Part shown: positions 60,274-64,000 of the stretch, one piece after another | How positions within the stretch are numbered: position 1 is the stretch's first letter | How the letters are laid out: every line of letters begins with the position of its first letter | NCBI GenBank assembly: GCA_965213625.1 | Contig: CBDBZU010000004.1 | Span: 2,368,001-2,432,000 of the forward strand | From: a bacterium | GTDB lineage: Bacteria > UBA8248 | DNA length: 64,000 bases | Direction: 5' to 3' | Position numbers and translations under genes: made by a program | Notes under the pieces: model-generated | Database searches by the model: none | Told to the model about the DNA's origin: nothing | What the model saw: only the letters and a program-made list of their open reading frames with translations

Positions 60274-61533
60274 TCATGCGAGATAATCCCTGGGGTCCGC
60301 TATCTCGCCCCTCACGGCAGAGGCCGCCACAGTGGCCGCGCTGGCGAGGTAGATACGGGCCTCACGACTACCCATCCTCCCCACGTCGTTTCGCGTCACC
60401 GTGGCGATGCAGGTTTCCCCGTCCGCCAGCGGTCCTCCCCTGCCGATGGCGCAGGGGCCGCATCCGGGCGGGCCCACCATGGCGCCCGCCTCACAGAAAA
60501 CGTCCATCAAACCATCTTCTACGCAGCGGGCGAGCACCTCCTGGCTGCCGGGCGTCACGATCATCCTCACGCCAGGCGCGAGCTTTTTCCCGCGCAGAAT
60601 CCGGGCGGCTTCGGCCATATCCTCATACTGGTCCGCCGCGCACGACCCCAGATATGCGGCATGAATCGGCATCCCGAGTGCCTCTCCCAGCGGGGCCACG
60701 TTCTCGGGTCTCGGCGGAAGCGCTATGGTGGGCTCCATCCCGGAGAGGTTGAACGCGTAAGTTTCTGTAAATGCGGCGTCTGGGTCGCTTCTCGTGGCTT
60801 CAAAGCCGTCTATATTTCTCTCGCGCATCCATGCCGCGACGACGTCATCGGCGGGGATGATGGCGCTTTTCGCACCGATCTCTATCGGCAGGTTGCAGAG
60901 CTTGACGCGCGCGTCGACTCCCAGATGGGCGAGAGCCTCCCCGGTGTACTCGAAGACGCGGTAATCGGCTGTATCCGGGCCGATTTCGTGAATGATGTGG
61001 GCGGCGGCATCGCGGATTCCCACACCCGGCGGGAGTTTTCCGCTCAGATCGATTCGAATCGTCTCGGGCGCCTTGAGCCAATGGCTACCGGTAGCGAGTA
61101 CGGCAGGGAACTCGAAGACGAGCGCGAGGCCGAGACAACCCACCGCGCCATAGTTCGTGACGTGGATGTCATAGGCCAGTACACATTCACCGGGTTTGAT
61201 AAGGCCGATTTCCATAGGAAAAACATGGCCTTGCCCGCGGCCCGGCCCGAAAAAATACTTCACCCCCCAGCGTTTGACGATCCCTCTTATCTGCTTGGCG
61301 CGATTCGCGACGGCGACGGTTTGCGGGATCGTGTCGTGATCGAAGCATACGAACACGCGCTCCGGGTCCCAGGGGCGTTCCACGCCGAGTTCGGTAAGTT
61401 GGCGGTCGGCTTCCACGACATAGAGGTCGTGAATCGTCGCCAAATCGGCCTCCGGGTAGACGATTTCCCCAGCGCGCAATTCGTCTCGGCCCGAGGCTTT
61501 GGCCATGATTTTTTCTGTCAGGGTCATGCCCAT
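60274..61533 (-). CDS. Aconitase-family large subunit, LeuC/HacA-like, divergent
   Basis: MTLTEKI, DH, PETI, EY.G, CN...E.GAK, GSC, PGCGPC, RN..GRMG, YLAS..TVAASA..G. Confidence 0.88.
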   Translation of the reverse strand: MGMTLTEKIMAKASGRDELRAGEIVYPEADLATIHDLYVVEADRQLTELGVERPWDPERVFVCFDHDTIPQTVAVANRAKQIRGIVKRWGVKYFFGPGRGQGHVFPMEIGLIKPGECVLAYDIHVTNYGAVGCLGLALVFEFPAVLATGSHWLKAPETIRIDLSGKLPPGVGIRDAAAHIIHEIGPDTADYRVFEYTGEALAHLGVDARVKLCNLPIEIGAKSAIIPADDVVAAWMRERNIDGFEATRSDPDAAFTETYAFNLSGMEPTIALPPRPENVAPLGEALGMPIHAAYLGSCAADQYEDMAEAARILRGKKLAPGVRMIVTPGSQEVLARCVEDGLMDVFCEAGAMVGPPGCGPCAIGRGGPLADGETCIATVTRNDVGRMGSREARIYLASAATVAASAVRGEIADPRDYLA

Positions 61534-61719
61534 GGCGAATCCTGTCCCTAAATGGAGAGAAACGAGACTAGCACCGGCCTGGAACGCGGACAAGGATGAA
61601 TCATCCTGCCCAGCCGCGCAATAAGAGGCGGAATTTGTTACAATGATTTTTTTTGCGATCAAAGCAAATTATGTGGATATGATTGATAAACGAAGAGTTT
61701 TCGGTTTGGAGGAAATGGC

Positions 61720-63615
61720 ATGGGTTACGCAGAAGTTCACGGTCGCTCCCTCTCGGATGCGCAGGCGTTCTGGGCGGAGGTCGCGGAGGATATCCATTGG
61801 TACAAGAAGTGGGACAAGGTGCTCGATGACTCGAACCCGCCCTTTTACCGCTGGTTCTCTGGAGGCGAGGTCAACACCTGCTACAACGCTGTCGATAGGC
61901 ACGTCGAGGAGGGACGCGGGGATCAACTCGCCCTGATATACGACACACCCATCACGGGTGAACCCACTCAGAAGATTACCTACGGGGAATTGCAGCACAA
62001 GGTGGCGCATTTCGCCGGCGCTCTCAAGGCCCAGGGGGTGGAAAAGGGTGATCGCGTCATCATCTACATGCCGATGGTGCCCGAAGCCGCCATCGCCATG
62101 CTGGCCTGCGCGCGCATCGGCGCGGTGCACTCGGTCGTTTTCGGCGGATTCGCGCCGAACGAACTGGCCACACGCATCGAAGACGCGAAACCCAAGCTCA
62201 TGATATCCGCCTCGTGCGGGGTCGAACCATCGGGCGTCATCGCCTACAAGCCCCTGCTCGATGAAGCGATTAACTTATCCAGCACGAAGCCTGAAAAGTG
62301 CATCATCTTACAGCGCTCCCAGGTAGAGGCGGAACTCATCGAGGGACAAGACATCGAGTGGAGCGATTCGCTCGAAGGCGTAGAGCCTGCGGACTGCGTG
62401 CCCGTCGCCGCTACGGATCCGTTGTATATCCTCTACACCTCGGGCACGACGGGCGAGCCCAAGGGCGTGGTGCGGGACAACGGCGGCCACATGGTGGCGC
62501 TCAAGTGGTCGATGAGAAACGTGTACGACGTGTCGCCGGGTCAGGTGTTCTGGGCGGCGTCCGACGTCGGCTGGGTGGTTGGGCATTCCTATATCGTATA
62601 CGCGCCGCTGGTGCATGGCTGCACCACTATCCTCTTCGAAGGCAAGCCCGTGGGCACGCCCGACGCAGGCGTATTCTGGCGAATCATCTCCGAGCACGGT
62701 GTGGAAGTCTTCTTCACCGCGCCCACGGCGTTCCGTGCGATCAAGCGAGACGACCCCGACGCCGAACTCATGAGAAATTACGACCTCAGCCGTTTCCGCA
62801 TTCTTTTCCTGGCCGGGGAGCGCTCGGACTCGGATACCATCCAGTGGGCGGAGGAGCATCTCCAGGTGCCGGTCATCGACCATTACTGGCAGACGGAGAC
62901 CGGCTGGCCGATGCTGGCGAATCCCATGGGTATCGAGCACATGCCCGTCAAGTACGGCTCTCCTTCGAAGGCGGTGCCCGGCTATGATTTCAAGGTGCTC
63001 GACAGCGAGTGCCGCGAGCTGGGCGCGGGAGAAATGGGCGCGCTGTGCGTCAGTCTTCCCCTGCCACCCGGGTGTCTGCCAACGCTGTGGAACGCGGACG
63101 ACCGCTACATCGACTCCTATCTGAGCGAATACCCGGGCTTCTACAAGACGGGCGATGCCGGATACATGGATGCGGAGGGCTACGTCTACGTGATGTCGAG
63201 GACGGACGACATCATCAACGTGGCGGGCCACAGGCTCTCCACGGGCGCGATGGAAGAGGTCCTCTCGACCCACCCCGCCGTGGCCGAGTGCGCAGTCATC
63301 GGCGTGAAGGACCAGCTCAAGGGCCAGCTCCCGCTTGGCTTCCTGGTGCTCAAGGCGGGTGTGGAGAAGGAAAACGAAGAAATCGTCACCGAGGTGGTGC
63401 AACTTGTTCGAAGTCAAATTGGCGCGGTGGCCTCCTTCCGCCAGGCGACGGTGGTGAAACGCCTGCCCAAGACGCGCTCGGGCAAGATTCTGCGGGGAAC
63501 GATGTCGAACATCGCCGATGGCGAGGAATACAAGATGCCGGCCACAATCGACGACCCGGCCATCCTGCCCGAGATAACAGAAGCCCTCGCCGGGCTGGGG
63601 TATCCCTTCGACTAG
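61720..63615 (+). CDS. prpE: Propionyl-CoA synthetase
   Basis: HSVVFGGFA..ELA.RI, YTSGTTG.PKGV.RD.GG, WQTETGW, INVAGHRLSTG, PKTRSGKILR. Confidence 0.9.
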   Translation: MGYAEVHGRSLSDAQAFWAEVAEDIHWYKKWDKVLDDSNPPFYRWFSGGEVNTCYNAVDRHVEEGRGDQLALIYDTPITGEPTQKITYGELQHKVAHFAGALKAQGVEKGDRVIIYMPMVPEAAIAMLACARIGAVHSVVFGGFAPNELATRIEDAKPKLMISASCGVEPSGVIAYKPLLDEAINLSSTKPEKCIILQRSQVEAELIEGQDIEWSDSLEGVEPADCVPVAATDPLYILYTSGTTGEPKGVVRDNGGHMVALKWSMRNVYDVSPGQVFWAASDVGWVVGHSYIVYAPLVHGCTTILFEGKPVGTPDAGVFWRIISEHGVEVFFTAPTAFRAIKRDDPDAELMRNYDLSRFRILFLAGERSDSDTIQWAEEHLQVPVIDHYWQTETGWPMLANPMGIEHMPVKYGSPSKAVPGYDFKVLDSECRELGAGEMGALCVSLPLPPGCLPTLWNADDRYIDSYLSEYPGFYKTGDAGYMDAEGYVYVMSRTDDIINVAGHRLSTGAMEEVLSTHPAVAECAVIGVKDQLKGQLPLGFLVLKAGVEKENEEIVTEVVQLVRSQIGAVASFRQATVVKRLPKTRSGKILRGTMSNIADGEEYKMPATIDDPAILPEITEALAGLGYPFD

Positions 63616-63836
63616 GCGGCGCCGAGGATTTATGAATGCACAGCCGTCAGGGTGACGTTCCCCAGTCACCAGGTTTTTTCGCCGGATGCGTTTTCGTGCG
63701 CCTGCACCAGGATCGGCCGGAATCAATTCGCGGGTAATTCTCTGGATTTCGGGTTCAGCGCGAGGGGGAGAGTGGGTGTGATACTCGCCCCCGGCTGCCG
63801 TATCGCGCAGCGCCGCTCGCACCTTCCTTTTGTGGG

Positions 63837-64000
63837 GTGATTTTGCTCAAATCCTTAGACCCGAACCTCCTGTCTTTCATCGCGGCGTTTTTCGTCGCCA
63901 TCTCTCAGGTATTCTATCGAAAAGCGTTGATCCACATCGGACCCGCGATTGCGGCCATCGCGATGAACGTTCTCTCCGCGATGTTGGCGAGCGTGCTCTA
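63837..64000 (+). CDS. Probable DMT/EamA family transporter, N-terminal part (truncated by window edge)
   Basis: Open hydrophobic frame ...LLSFIAAFFVAISQVFYRKAL.HIGP..A...MN. Confidence 0.55.
   Translation, partial: MILLKSLDPNLLSFIAAFFVAISQVFYRKALIHIGPAIAAIAMNVLSAMLASVL

Overview
GC-rich bacterial chromosome segment with no integrase, transposase, phage genes or CRISPR array. Bases 1-10.7 kb are housekeeping: livG(partial)-livF, then trpF-trpB-trpA-leuC-leuD-leuB-asd-mtnP-hemL-ftsB-like and tRNA-fMet. The remaining ~53 kb is a dense patchwork of catabolic and redox genes: three amidase-signature enzymes, Gfo/Idh/MocA oxidoreductases, a molybdo S/N-oxide reductase, cupins, an amidohydrolase and a Rieske protein, luciferase-like enzymes, NsrR/globin, a type I secretion pair, a second aconitase-family pair and prpE. 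The strongest signal is an AhpD-like gene (41920-42519) that the ORF track splits in two. Its in-frame TGA falls exactly at the second position of the CxxC-xxx-H motif (C-Y-G-U-T-M-N-H) and is followed by a bacterial SECIS-like hairpin, so it is a probable selenoprotein. It sits inside a seven-gene operon of luciferase-like/F420-type enzymes, a lactonase-family hydrolase and a CMD protein, next to organosulfur-type transporters. Other notable items are a LeuC/LeuD-like pair with rewritten catalytic motifs, a three-domain single-chain Rid protein coupled to the molybdoenzyme, and composite intergenic elements. The latter have IS-like termini around interchangeable REP-like hairpins, and one family has a core that is inverted between two copies. 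All protein calls come from recognising motifs by eye; no database searches were run.
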